NCBI GenBank assembly: GCA_903893315.1
Contig: CAITLU010000031.1
Coordinates: 14,402-78,401 of the forward strand
From: an uncultured bacterium
Lineage (GTDB): Bacteria; Desulfobacterota; Binatia; UBA1149; CAITLU01
Length of the DNA: 64,000 nt
Direction: 5' to 3'
A model generated the notes under the pieces. It ran no database searches, was not told the origin of the DNA, and worked only from the letters and a program-made list of their open reading frames with translations. Position 1 is the stretch's first letter; each line of letters begins with the position of its first letter. The translations under genes were made by a program, and so were the position numbers. Below are positions 1 to 9,451 of this stretch, piece by piece.

Positions 1-629
1 TGCTGTGTCCAGCCGAGGCCGGTCAGAGTCAGTAACAAGGCCGCTGCCGTCGTTCGTCCGCGCCGGGAACTCTCCAGCATCGGCGCCAGGCGCAGCGCCG
101 ACAGCGTTCCGAGAACGAACACAACCAACGCCAGGGCCGCGCCGTCTACTACCAGGCCGCGCAGACGGTAGAGCGTCTTGCCAAGACGCAGTCCTTCGTC
201 GAGACCGAGCGTCGGAACCGCCACTGCCAGGTGGACGAGCAGGCCGAGCGCCGCCCAGGTGAGCACGTACTGCCGTGTGCTGTGCGAGCGCCCGTGCAGC
301 AGTGCAGCCAGCGCTGCGCCGACGCTGCCGAGGATGAGCGCGACGCTGAGGGAACCGGGGAGCAGGGCCAGCGCATAACGCAGTTTGTCGCCGGTCGTCA
401 GTCCCGCGAAGGTGTCAGGGAGGCCTGGCACCCAGGCCGGCAAGACATGTCCCGCGAAACGTAGCTTGCAGAGGAAGTCGAAGGTCTGGCTTGTGAAGTA
501 GCTGTAGGGTGCGAGCAGGCGGTGGTGGAAGGCCAGACAGAGGGCCGCTGCTTCGATCGTCCAGGTTGCCAGTGCCAGCAGCAACAGGCCGCCCAGGCAG
601 CGCCGGAAGTTGGATAGTGATGACGACAT
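1..629 (-). CDS. polytopic integral membrane protein, 3'-truncated by the window edge (function unassigned)
   Basis: Minus-strand reading from ATG (complement of 627-629) gives MSSSLSNFRRCLGGLLLLALATW... with repeated hydrophobic helices and GC3-rich codons. The frame stays open to position 1. It is absent from the ORF track only because no stop lies inside the window. The + strand ORFs here (5..262, 178..378, 231..464) are Arg/Pro-rich and look spurious. Confidence 0.45.
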   Translation of the reverse strand, partial: MSSSLSNFRRCLGGLLLLALATWTIEAAALCLAFHHRLLAPYSYFTSQTFDFLCKLRFAGHVLPAWVPGLPDTFAGLTTGDKLRYALALLPGSLSVALILGSVGAALAALLHGRSHSTRQYVLTWAALGLLVHLAVAVPTLGLDEGLRLGKTLYRLRGLVVDGAALALVVFVLGTLSALRLAPMLESSRRGRTTAAALLLTLTGLGWTQ

Positions 630-681
630 GGGAGTGCCTTTGTATTCTCGCTCGCCTCTTAACTCGACCGCCGCCTGTGTG

Positions 682-2505
682 TCAGCGCAGCGGCTTCGTC
701 GCGGCATCGCGCCCGGCATCGAGGCTTGCGCCGCGCCCGGCGCTTCGGTCCGCCGCGGGCGCGGCGCGCCGGTAGATCAATATTTCCGGGTTGAGGCTCT
801 GGATCAGGGTGCGGGGAATCCACGGCTCGACGCTAAAGCGTGCAGCTTCGCGGTAGCCGAGCGAGCCGTCGGCGAGCGCGGCGAGAAACTCGACGTTGGC
901 GCGGCGCTGATAGGTCATGACTATGCCGGCCGCGCTCTTCTTGCCTTCGATGTACCCCTGCTCCGTGTCCTCGCTCTCGTGCCAGTCCTGCTTGTACTGC
1001 ACCGAGACGCCCGACAATCCCGCTGAAGACAACACGATGAAGTCGGGGCTGCGCTTGCGGAACTCTTCGACCGTACGCGCCTCGAAATCGACGTTGTCGA
1101 CCTTGATGCTGTCCGGAAAGCGCGGAAGGTAGGTGGCGTTCTGGTAGACCTCGATGCGTGCGCCTTCGCCGGCTTCTGCCGTGATCCAGTTCTCGGCCTG
1201 GTAACGAGCGTCGCCTTTCATCATGCGATTGACGTCCCAGCCGTAGGCGAAGATGTAGAGCAGCAGGAGCGCAGCCAACGATCGCCTCCACCACGACCCG
1301 GTGCCTCTTTCCAGCAGAGTGCCGAGCGAGATTCCCGCGAACATGGTCGCGATCAGCGTGATCGGCATCAGATAGCGAAGGCTGAGCGAGAGCATCGCTC
1401 TCACGCTGACGACATAGTAGGCGAGCGCGGCCGAGAGCAGCAGGGCGGCCCAGGCAGGCCGCACGCGAAGCGCGACGATGATTCCCGCAAACGACAGCGC
1501 GGCGGTCGGCCAGCCCAGACTTTCGAGCAGGCGCGTGGCGGCTAAGCGCAGCTGGCCGAATTCAGCCGCGACGCCGTGGCCGGCGCTGAGATCGACCGGA
1601 AAGTAATAGGGTGCGTACTTGAGCGCGACTTCCGGCGGCAGTGTCTGGGTCAGAAATCCGAGGCGATGGGTGAACCCTGCGGCGTTGAAGAATACGTTGT
1701 TGGCCACCACGATCGCTGCCGCGAATGCGAGGCCGGCCTTGCACCCGCCGAGCAACCAGGCTGACGCCGGTCGGCGCTGCGCGACGAAGATGCCGACCAG
1801 GGCCAGAGGCAGACCGACGAAGACTCCGGCGGCCAGTTCCTTCGTCGACAGCGACAGCGCTGCGCCAAGGCCGAGGCAGATCCACCACAGCGGCCTGTCA
1901 CGGCCTTCCACCAGGCGGACGGTGGCGAGCAGCGCCAGCATCATCCAGAACAGGTACGGCACTTCTACGTTGGTGGTCTGTGAATAGAAGACCATCGGGT
2001 AGCACAGCGCGGTCGCGGCGGCGGCGGCGGCGGCTTTCCAATGTCCGAAACCCTTGACGACGCAGGCGTAGACCATCGTGACCACGCCGGCGCCCATCAG
2101 TGCGCTCATCAGGCGACCGATCCAGGCCAGGCGCGCCAGCACCAGCTCGGGATCGCCGAACCCGAAAGGATACTGGGACTGCAAGCCGTGCAGACCGCCG
2201 GTGGCCCAGATCCACGCGAGATAGGGAATGTATGCAGCGGTCAGTACGAAGGCGTGGAAGGGAGGGTACTTGAACCAGAACCAGCCGCTGTTCCAGCCCT
2301 CGGCTAGGAAGTTGTGGTAGACGATCGCCAGCGGTGCGCTCGGGCGCATCGCGTCGGCTGCCCAGGTTTCGTCGCCGCCCGGCAGCCCCCAGTTCAGGGC
2401 CTGGGCGAATACGATTAACGACGCCGTGTAGACCAGCACCGGCATGAGCAGGCTGGTTCGATCGTGACGCCAGGCAGTCCGCACCTGTTCGATCACGCGC
2501 GTCAT
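682..2505 (-). CDS. 608-aa polytopic membrane protein with C-terminal soluble domain; GT-C-fold (ArnT/PMT-like) glycosyltransferase candidate
   Basis: Start MTRVIEQ at complement of 2503-2505 (the track ORF extends to 2610 through a non-conserved Arg/Pro leader). About 400 aa contain 11-13 hydrophobic helices (WGLPGGDETW loop, YPPFHAF). About 200 aa form a hydrophilic C-terminal domain. Overall architecture resembles GT39/GT83-type lipid-linked sugar transferases; assignment is by architecture only. Confidence 0.5.
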   Translation of the reverse strand: MTRVIEQVRTAWRHDRTSLLMPVLVYTASLIVFAQALNWGLPGGDETWAADAMRPSAPLAIVYHNFLAEGWNSGWFWFKYPPFHAFVLTAAYIPYLAWIWATGGLHGLQSQYPFGFGDPELVLARLAWIGRLMSALMGAGVVTMVYACVVKGFGHWKAAAAAAATALCYPMVFYSQTTNVEVPYLFWMMLALLATVRLVEGRDRPLWWICLGLGAALSLSTKELAAGVFVGLPLALVGIFVAQRRPASAWLLGGCKAGLAFAAAIVVANNVFFNAAGFTHRLGFLTQTLPPEVALKYAPYYFPVDLSAGHGVAAEFGQLRLAATRLLESLGWPTAALSFAGIIVALRVRPAWAALLLSAALAYYVVSVRAMLSLSLRYLMPITLIATMFAGISLGTLLERGTGSWWRRSLAALLLLYIFAYGWDVNRMMKGDARYQAENWITAEAGEGARIEVYQNATYLPRFPDSIKVDNVDFEARTVEEFRKRSPDFIVLSSAGLSGVSVQYKQDWHESEDTEQGYIEGKKSAAGIVMTYQRRANVEFLAALADGSLGYREAARFSVEPWIPRTLIQSLNPEILIYRRAAPAADRSAGRGASLDAGRDAATKPLR

Positions 2506-2794
2506 GAAATATTCGGCGATGCGCGCACTAGCGGTTGGCGGGCGGTTTCGTGCCGGCCTCTGGAGCTCAGCATGACCGGAGCTTCCCGGCTTGTTTGGAG
2601 GCCTTCTCACGCACGGTCGGTTTCACAGTAGTCGAGTCCTCGCTTCGCGCCGGAGGACGCGGAAGATGTGCCGCGCACTGCCCGCTGTCAAGCCTGTGCT
2701 CGGGCTGCCACGGTAACGAAAACAGGCGCTTGGCCCGGCACGGCACGCGCCGCGATTTTACTCACGACGCCGCTCTCGCTAGTTCGTCGACCCC

Positions 2795-3940
2795 ATGAAG
2801 CGCACTCTTTTTTCCGAAGAACACCACCAGTTTCGCGACGCCGTGCGTCGCTTCCTTCAGACCGAGGTGACCCCCTTCCACAGCGACTGGGAGAAGCATG
2901 GCGTCGTGCCGCGATCGATATGGGAGAAGGCCGGAGCAGCCGGCTTCCTGTGCTCGTGGCTGCCCGAAGAGTACGGGGGATCGGGTGCTGACTTCCTGTA
3001 CTCGGTCGTGCTGATCGAAGAAATGGTCGTGGCGCGCGCCAGCGGTCCGATGTTCTCGCTCCACAACGACATCGTGGTTCCGTACCTCCACAGTTTCGGT
3101 AACGACGAGCAGAAGAAGCGTTGGCTTCCCGGCTGCGCCAGCGGCGAGAAGATAACCGCCATCGCCATGACCGAGCCCAACGCTGGTTCGGACCTGGCGA
3201 GCATTCAGACCACCGCGCGCCTGCAAGGCGATCACTATGTGGTCAACGGACAGAAGACGTTCATATCCAACGGCCAGCTCTGCGATCTCTGCGTCGTTGT
3301 TGCAAAGACCAACCCCGAGGCTGATCCCCCGTACACCGGCGTGTCGCTGATCGTGGTCGAAGCCGGTACGCCCGGATTCGAAAGGGGCCGCAACCTGGAA
3401 AAAATGGGCCTCAAGGCTCAGGACACTTCCGAGCTGAGTTTCAGCGACTGCGTGGTGCCGAAGGAAAACCTGCTCGGCGCCGAAGGCGCCGGCTTCTACT
3501 TCCTGATGCAGAAGCTGCAACAGGAACGTCTGGTCTGCGCGCTCGGTGCCCAGGCCGCCGCCGAAATGGTGCTCGCCGACGGCGTTCGCTACACGCAGGA
3601 ACGAAAGGCTTTCGGACGCCCGATATCCAAGCTTCAGAACACCCAGTTTCGCATCGCCGAGATGGCGACCGAAGTTGAACTGGGGCGCACCTTCATCGAC
3701 CGCTTGATTGCCGAACACGTCGCCGGCTCGGAGATCGTCAAAGAGACATCGATGGCCAAGTACTGGATCACAGAGATGTACAAGCGTACCTGTGACCAGG
3801 TGCTGCAGTTCTACGGCGGCTACGGCTACATGATGGAGTATCCGATCGCGCGCGATTATCTGGACGCGCGCATTCAGACGATCTTCGCCGGCACCAGCGA
3901 GATCATGAAGGTGATCATCGCCAAGCAGATGGGCCTGTAG
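2795..3940 (+). CDS. acyl-CoA dehydrogenase
   Basis: 381 aa with full ACAD architecture: substrate-binding N-terminal domain, central beta-barrel (AIAMTEPNAGSDLASIQT) and C-terminal helical domain (YGGYGYMMEYPIARDYLDARIQTIFAGTSEIM). Confidence 0.9.
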   Translation: MKRTLFSEEHHQFRDAVRRFLQTEVTPFHSDWEKHGVVPRSIWEKAGAAGFLCSWLPEEYGGSGADFLYSVVLIEEMVVARASGPMFSLHNDIVVPYLHSFGNDEQKKRWLPGCASGEKITAIAMTEPNAGSDLASIQTTARLQGDHYVVNGQKTFISNGQLCDLCVVVAKTNPEADPPYTGVSLIVVEAGTPGFERGRNLEKMGLKAQDTSELSFSDCVVPKENLLGAEGAGFYFLMQKLQQERLVCALGAQAAAEMVLADGVRYTQERKAFGRPISKLQNTQFRIAEMATEVELGRTFIDRLIAEHVAGSEIVKETSMAKYWITEMYKRTCDQVLQFYGGYGYMMEYPIARDYLDARIQTIFAGTSEIMKVIIAKQMGL

Positions 3941-3975
3941 GTGCTCGGGAAATAACGACCGCTGCGCGGCCCGGC

Positions 3976-4848
3976 TCAGGCGTGGCTGCGCAGCGCGGTC
4001 AGTATGTCGCGCGTCGCCCGCGACTTGTTGAGCGTGTAGAAGTGGATGCCCGGTGCGCCGCCGCCGAGCAGTTCGCGGCACTGCTCGACCGCGTACTCGA
4101 CACTCAGACGCTCTACCGCCTCGCTGTCGTCGCGATGGGGGTCCAGTAATTCGTGCAGCTCACGCGGAATCGCCGCCCCGCAACGTTGCGTGAAGCGTTC
4201 GATCTGGCCGAGGTTGGTGATCGGCATGATGCCGGCAACGATCGGCACAGTGATGCCAGCCCTGCGGGCCTTCTCGACGAAATCAAAGTACGCCGTGTTG
4301 TCGAAAAAAAGCTGGGTGATCAGAAAATCGACTCCGGCGTCGACCTTCTCGCGAAGGCGCGCGAGGTCGGCGTCGAGAGAAATCGCCTCGACGTGTTTCT
4401 CGGGGTAGCAGGCCGCGGCGACGCAGAAGTTCCGGCCCTGTGAGTGAAGAAGCGCGACCAGTTCGGTTGCGAAACGAAAACCTTGCGGGTGAGGCACGAA
4501 GCCTTCTTCTCCCACCGGCGGGTCGCCGCGCAGTGCGATGATGTTCTCAATGCCGGCCTGGTAGAGGCGGTCGAGGACGCTCAGCAGTTCTTCGCGGTCC
4601 GCGCCGACGCAGGTCAGGTGGGCCAGTGTCTCGATGCCGACCTCGTTCTTGATGTAGGAAACCAGTTCGACGGTGCGTTGGCGGGTGCTGCCGCCGGCGC
4701 CGTAGGTGACCGAGACGAAGTCGGGCGCCAACGGACGCAGTTCGGCTATCGTTGTCAGCAGCGCCCGGTCTCCGGCTTCGGTCTTCGGCGGGAAGAACTC
4801 GAAGGAGAATACCGGCGTGCCGCGCGAAAGCAGGGAACTGATCCGCAT
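3976..4848 (-). CDS. metF: 5,10-methylenetetrahydrofolate reductase
   Basis: 290 aa. Starts FSFEFFPPKT and contains VSVTYGAGGSTR, LTCVG, IENIIALRGDPP. These are canonical MetF TIM-barrel motifs. Confidence 0.9.
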   Translation of the reverse strand: MRISSLLSRGTPVFSFEFFPPKTEAGDRALLTTIAELRPLAPDFVSVTYGAGGSTRQRTVELVSYIKNEVGIETLAHLTCVGADREELLSVLDRLYQAGIENIIALRGDPPVGEEGFVPHPQGFRFATELVALLHSQGRNFCVAAACYPEKHVEAISLDADLARLREKVDAGVDFLITQLFFDNTAYFDFVEKARRAGITVPIVAGIMPITNLGQIERFTQRCGAAIPRELHELLDPHRDDSEAVERLSVEYAVEQCRELLGGGAPGIHFYTLNKSRATRDILTALRSHA

Positions 4849-4876
4849 ACGCCGTGGTCCGATTCGAGGCCGGTAC

Positions 4877-5548
4877 CTACTTCTTGCGCGTGATCGACTC
4901 GATCACGACGTCTTCGACGGGGCGGTCCGTGAACGCGCCGCCTCTGCTGGCCTTCGGCGTGCTCGCGATCGCGTCGACGACGTCCATTCCGGAGACGACC
5001 TTGCCGAATACCGCATAACCGTAGTTCTGAGGCGCCGCGTCTTTGTGATCGAGGAAGGCGTTGTCTGCGTGGTTGATGAAGAATTGCGAGGTTGCTGAAT
5101 CAACGATGCCGGTGCGTGCCATCGCGAGCGTGCCGCGCGTGTTCTTGAGACCGTTGTCGGCCTCGTTCTTGACCGGCGGCTTGGTCGGCTTCTGCTCTCC
5201 GGTAGCGGTGAAACCGCCACCTTGAATCATGAAATTCTTGATTACGCGGTGGAAGATCGTGCCGTCGTAATAACCGCTGTCCACGTAGTCGAGAAAATTC
5301 TGGACGCTCAGCGGAGCCTTTGCCGGGTCAAGCTCGAGTTCGATCGTGCCCTTCGTGGTTTTCATCACGACCACGGGGTTCTTCGTCGCGGACGCTGCCG
5401 GTGATGCCGAACCGCCGCCGGATACGTCGGCAGTCTTATTGTTGCAGCCCGTGAGCACGGCCACGGCCAGAAGCAAGGTTGCCAGCGAGCGTCCGGTCGC
5501 AGACGCGCCGGCGCGATGGTGATGAAGAGAAGAGAAAAGTGACAACAT
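4877..5548 (-). CDS. cyclophilin-type peptidyl-prolyl cis-trans isomerase lipoprotein
   Basis: Start MLSLFSS (complement of 5546-5548) preceded by GAGGAGG RBS. Lipoprotein signal [10 protein letters not shown]. Cyclophilin core [14 protein letters not shown]...WLDGKHVVFG-like segment ([17 protein letters not shown]). Confidence 0.85.
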   Translation of the reverse strand: MLSLFSSLHHHRAGASATGRSLATLLLAVAVLTGCNNKTADVSGGGSASPAASATKNPVVVMKTTKGTIELELDPAKAPLSVQNFLDYVDSGYYDGTIFHRVIKNFMIQGGGFTATGEQKPTKPPVKNEADNGLKNTRGTLAMARTGIVDSATSQFFINHADNAFLDHKDAAPQNYGYAVFGKVVSGMDVVDAIASTPKASRGGAFTDRPVEDVVIESITRKK

Positions 5549-5637
5549 GGGGCGAGCCTCCTCGGTACCGCCGCTGGGCGGAGCGATGGTGGATAACACG
5601 GACCTCGAGGTCGCGAAAGTCTCGCGACCTCAAGGTC

Positions 5638-6762
5638 TCACAGGCGACGTAGCTTGCGGATCAGGCTGCCCAGACGCCACACGTCCATGGGGCCGCCTCC
5701 GGTCAGCATGCCTCCCAGGTTCGAGACGATGATGTGGCGCGCGCCTGCTTCGACCAGCGGAGCGACCTCTTCACGGATCTGGCTCGGGCTGCCCGCGTAG
5801 ATCGTGGTGAGCAGCAGTTCGGCGGTCATCTCGCGCTGGGCCTTGTCGATGTCCTCTTCGGTGATGCGCGAGGGGACGATGTCGTAGAAACCTCCGAAGC
5901 CTTCGCCCAGGGGATGAGTCTTTCCCAGGGCCTTCCACGCTGCGTCGGGAGCGAGAAGTGCCATGGCGGCGCCGAGTCTGCTGCGCAGCGCAAGGTCGAT
6001 CATCTGGTCTCGGCTCTCTCCGAGTGCGACCACGATCATCTGACACGCGACGAAGTGATCGAGGTTGCGACCGACCTTGGCCGCGCCGGCGCGGATGGTG
6101 TCGAGACGGGCGCGGTACTCGGCGGGGGTGGCTTTCAGCATCGGCAGCCAGCCGTCGCCGAAACGGCCGGTAAGTTCGAGCATGCGCGGAGCGTGGGAAG
6201 CGATCCACACGCGCGGTGGCTTGCCGTCGTAAAAGGGAAGATTGAAGACCGCGTCGCGAAGCTTCCAGAACCGGCCGTCGTAGGTGACCGGGGTGCCGCC
6301 GCTTTCCCACAGCATCCGCAGGATGGTCAGGGTTTCTTCGAGGCGCGCGACCTGCTTTTCCCAAGGCAGTCCGTATGGCTCGATGTTCAATCGTTCGCCG
6401 TTGCCGATGCCGAGGATGGCGTGGCCTTTTGAAATGTGGTCGAGGGTTACGAACGATTGAGCCAGCGCCATCGGATGGCGGCGGTATGCCTCGGTTACTG
6501 CGGTGCCTACGTCGACTCCGCGCATGCGGCAGGATGCGACGGCCAGCACCTGCAACGGGTCGAAGAGCCCGTCTGGTGAATGAACCATCTTGGCGGCGGC
6601 GGTCACTTGCGTGTTCCAGACCCGAGCCGGGATGAAGCCCATGAAGTGGTCGGGAAGCCACAGCGATTCGGCGCCGAACAAGCGCGCGATGCGAAAGCCG
6701 GCGTTGGTCAGCCAAAGCGGGTGGAGTCCGGCGTCCTGGTATCCGACGGTGATGCGTCCCAT
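5638..6762 (-). CDS. LLM-class (luciferase-like) flavin-dependent oxidoreductase
   Basis: Start MGRITVGYQ (complement of 6760-6762) with AGGAG RBS 7 nt upstream. TIM-barrel luciferase-like family features (LDHISKGHAILGIGNGE, RVWIASHAPRMLELTGRFGDGWLP). The track ORF 5638..7098 includes a non-coding-looking Ser/Thr/Arg leader. Confidence 0.8.
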   Translation of the reverse strand: MGRITVGYQDAGLHPLWLTNAGFRIARLFGAESLWLPDHFMGFIPARVWNTQVTAAAKMVHSPDGLFDPLQVLAVASCRMRGVDVGTAVTEAYRRHPMALAQSFVTLDHISKGHAILGIGNGERLNIEPYGLPWEKQVARLEETLTILRMLWESGGTPVTYDGRFWKLRDAVFNLPFYDGKPPRVWIASHAPRMLELTGRFGDGWLPMLKATPAEYRARLDTIRAGAAKVGRNLDHFVACQMIVVALGESRDQMIDLALRSRLGAAMALLAPDAAWKALGKTHPLGEGFGGFYDIVPSRITEEDIDKAQREMTAELLLTTIYAGSPSQIREEVAPLVEAGARHIIVSNLGGMLTGGGPMDVWRLGSLIRKLRRL

Positions 6763-6979
6763 GTCCGTACTCCTGACGGTGTGCGCGAGTGTGTTGCGCC
6801 GGCCGGCTGCTGCTGAGCCGAGTAAGACCTTGAGAGGATTCCTTTCCACGAGGTGGCGGTGGATGCAAAGATTCCGTGCCGCTGTGCGCGGGCACCGGCT
6901 GCGTCGGGATTCTTGACACCGTCTGGCGGCGACCGTAGCGTTTCTCGCCTTCGACTTTGATTCTGTGCAAGGAGTGACG

Positions 6980-8644
6980 ATGAGCGATCGAGAAGTTCCG
7001 CAGGTTTGCATCGAGGACGTTGACGCTTTGGTGCGAGATCTCGACGAAGTCGTCGGAGAGACGATCGCGGCGGCGTCGCGCCGCACCGACGGAGGCAAGG
7101 ATATCGACGCTTGTCAGGTTCACGCCGAACGCGTCGCCTATGCTGCTACCGAGGTGCTTGCGGCCAAGGCTCTCGCGCAGTACGCACGCGAAACCGCTGC
7201 CGCAGGAGTGGATGCCGGGATTCTCTCGGACCAAGCCGCGGTGTTTGCGGGGGAAATTGCCGCCAAACTGCTCGGACAACTGGCGCTGGCCGGCGACGAG
7301 TTCGCCCTGCCGTCCGGACTGGTGGAGAGGACCATCGGCAGCGCGGCGTCGCGCTCTCGTATTCAGCTTTTCGCACACGAGGCGAGGGTGCGCGCGATCG
7401 GCCGGCACGCGGCCGACAGCCGCGGCGTGAACAACGCCTGGTTGCCCGAAGAAGATGCGGTGATGGTGCGGGATTCAGTGCGGGCTTTTGCGACGCGCGA
7501 GGTCGCGCCGCTCGCGCAGCACATCCACACAAAGGACGAATTAGTGCCGGATTCGCTGATATCGGCGATGGCGGGGATGGGCTACTTCGGCATGTCCGCG
7601 CCCGAGCAGTACGGCGGTCTGGGCATGGGAAATCTCGCGATGATCGTCACGACCGAGGAGCTGTCTCGGGTGTCGTTGGCTGCTGCCGGTTCTCTGATCA
7701 CGCGTCCCGAGATCCTCACCAAGGCCTTGCTCAAGGGCGGAACCGAAGAGCAGAAGCGCAAGTGGCTGGGACCGGTCGCTGCCGGCGAGTTGATGGTCGG
7801 CATTGCGGTGACCGAACCGGACACGGGGTCTGACGTGGCTTCCGTGGCATGCCGTGCCGAGCGCGCGGAGGTCGGCGGTCGTCCCGGATGGCTGATCAAC
7901 GGCGCCAAGGCCTGGTGTACTTTTGCCGGCCGCGCCAACGTGCTGGCGCTGCTGGCACGCACGGACCCTGACCCGAAGTCCGGAGCGCGCGGCCTTTCGC
8001 TGTTCATCGTCGAAAAGTCGGCCTTCTACGGACACGAATTCGAGATGCGCCAGAGCGGTGGCGGAGTTCTGCACGGCAAGGCGGACGCGACTCCCGGTTA
8101 CCGGGGCATGCACTCCTACACGCTTTCCTTCGACAACTACTTCGTCGATGGCGACAACCTGATCGGAGGCGAGAAGGAGCTTAACCGAGGGTTCTATCTT
8201 CAGATGAATGGTTTTGCGGCGGGGCGCCTGCAGACCGGTGGTCGCGCGGCGGGCCTGGCACAGGCGGCTCTGGAGGCTGCGGCCTGCTATGCGGTGGACC
8301 GTCGGCAGTTCGGGAGCCCGCTGATCGGCTTCCAGCTCACCCAGTTCAAACTGGGGCGGATGGCTACCTGCGTTCAGGCTGCGCGCCAGATCAGCTACCT
8401 CGGCGCTCGGGCGATGGACGTGGACGAGACCATTTCGCTCGAGCCGGCGATGGCCAAGTTGCTGGCCTGCGATGTGGCGGTTTCGGTGACGCAGGAAGGC
8501 CAGCTCATCCACGGTGGCTGGGGGTACGCCGAGGAGTATCCGATCTCGCGCTACGTGGTCGATGCCACGGTCCTTCCTATCTTCGAGGGAGTGAAGCCGA
8601 TCCTCGAACTCAAGGTCATCGCCCGCCAGCTGCTGGCCGGCTGA
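6980..8644 (+). CDS. acyl-CoA dehydrogenase family protein with about 160-aa N-terminal helical extension
   Basis: ATG at 6980 preceded by GGAG RBS (the track start 6965 is a GTG). The C-terminal 390 aa form a complete ACAD fold (IAVTEPDTGSDVASV, YGHEFEMRQSGGG, QLIHGGWGYAEEYPISRYVVDATVLPIFEGV). The N-terminal 160 aa are Ala-rich, helical and unassigned. Confidence 0.8.
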   Translation: MSDREVPQVCIEDVDALVRDLDEVVGETIAAASRRTDGGKDIDACQVHAERVAYAATEVLAAKALAQYARETAAAGVDAGILSDQAAVFAGEIAAKLLGQLALAGDEFALPSGLVERTIGSAASRSRIQLFAHEARVRAIGRHAADSRGVNNAWLPEEDAVMVRDSVRAFATREVAPLAQHIHTKDELVPDSLISAMAGMGYFGMSAPEQYGGLGMGNLAMIVTTEELSRVSLAAAGSLITRPEILTKALLKGGTEEQKRKWLGPVAAGELMVGIAVTEPDTGSDVASVACRAERAEVGGRPGWLINGAKAWCTFAGRANVLALLARTDPDPKSGARGLSLFIVEKSAFYGHEFEMRQSGGGVLHGKADATPGYRGMHSYTLSFDNYFVDGDNLIGGEKELNRGFYLQMNGFAAGRLQTGGRAAGLAQAALEAAACYAVDRRQFGSPLIGFQLTQFKLGRMATCVQAARQISYLGARAMDVDETISLEPAMAKLLACDVAVSVTQEGQLIHGGWGYAEEYPISRYVVDATVLPIFEGVKPILELKVIARQLLAG

Positions 8645-8845
8645 CCGGATCCGAGACAGCCCGAGGAGACCTCGCGGTCCGATGCCGGGTCGGGACGGAC
8701 CGAGGACGCGGGTGGTTTGAGACCTGAACGCTGACGCTGCGGTTCCCGTACGTTCGTGTACGCGGATGTCCGCGACGGTGCATCCGGCTTTCCCGTAACA
8801 AAAAATACTGCTTGCTATTTCGATAGTTTGCCTCGCGCGCAGGCG

Positions 8846-8861
8846 TGGCAGCCGGCTTGCA
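8846..8861 (+). promoter_or_regulatory. sigma-54 (RpoN) -24/-12 promoter: TGGCAG-ccggc-TTGCA
   Basis: Exact match to YTGGCACGNNNNTTGCW, including the invariant GG (8847-8848) and GC (8859-8860) with 10-nt spacing. It lies 50 nt upstream of the ATG at 8911. An AT-rich tract (8796-8835, AACAAAAAATACTGCTTGCTATTTCGATAGTTTGCC) lies immediately upstream where an enhancer or IHF site would be expected. An NtrC-type activator is encoded 1.2 kb downstream. Confidence 0.6.
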
Positions 8862-8910
8862 TTGTTGACGCCGTGGGCGGCCCGAGGCCGCACTGGAGGA
8901 GGCGAGGACG

Positions 8911-9324
8911 ATGGGAAAGTTCGGCAACAGGAATGAAGCGAATACGGTGGGTCGCGCGGGAACTGCCAAGGCGACGGCGGGGGCGGCGTCCCGGGTCGAT
9001 GCCGCCAAGGAGCGCTTCACGCGCACGCGAGTTCGATCGTTTCTGGCTGGCGGGCAACAGGAAGTTAACGAGGAGGACAGCGTTTCGCGGACGCCGGAGC
9101 GGGCTCTCATGCTTGCCGTGCTCGAGGACGCGATTGCCTGCTATGCCGGTCGCCTCAAGGCCCCACGCGAAAACCCGCTGATCCTGCGCCGACAGGCCCA
9201 GCACTGGCTGGTCAGTGACGACTGGGAGTCGCCGTTTTCCTTCAACAACGTCTGCGACTCTTTGGCGTTGGACCCAACCTCGCTGCGCTCACGCATTCTG
9301 GTTGATCCGCCCGCCCAGCGCTGA
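8911..9324 (+). CDS. hypothetical 137-aa protein, first gene downstream of the sigma-54 promoter
   Basis: Strong RBS GGAGGAGG 6-9 nt before ATG 8911. The N-terminal 55 aa are low-complexity and basic. The C-terminal 75 aa look like a compact conserved domain (RALMLAVLEDAIACYAG...HWLVSDDWESPFSFNNVCDSLALDP). No family recognised from memory. Confidence 0.55.
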   Translation: MGKFGNRNEANTVGRAGTAKATAGAASRVDAAKERFTRTRVRSFLAGGQQEVNEEDSVSRTPERALMLAVLEDAIACYAGRLKAPRENPLILRRQAQHWLVSDDWESPFSFNNVCDSLALDPTSLRSRILVDPPAQR

Positions 9325-9451
9325 GAACCTGCGGGACCTCTCGTCGGGGTCAAAGGCTTGCAAATTCGCCGGATTCCCGGTTACCTTCCCGGCACTGATG
9401 CAAGAGTGCCGGTGCCCCGGGAAGAAGGGGCTGGGAGCAGGGAAGTCGGTG

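Noticed and set aside
5-775. Plus-strand ORFs 5..262, 178..378, 231..464, 509..775 at the window start
   Set aside because: Low-complexity Arg/Pro/Ser translations. The complementary strand encodes a convincing multi-helix membrane protein (1..629) with better codon usage.
8756-9181. 141-aa ORF overlapping the 137-aa gene in another frame
   Set aside because: It has no RBS and a basic low-complexity translation. The alternative frame (8911..9324) has a strong GGAGGAGG RBS and a globular-looking C-terminal domain.
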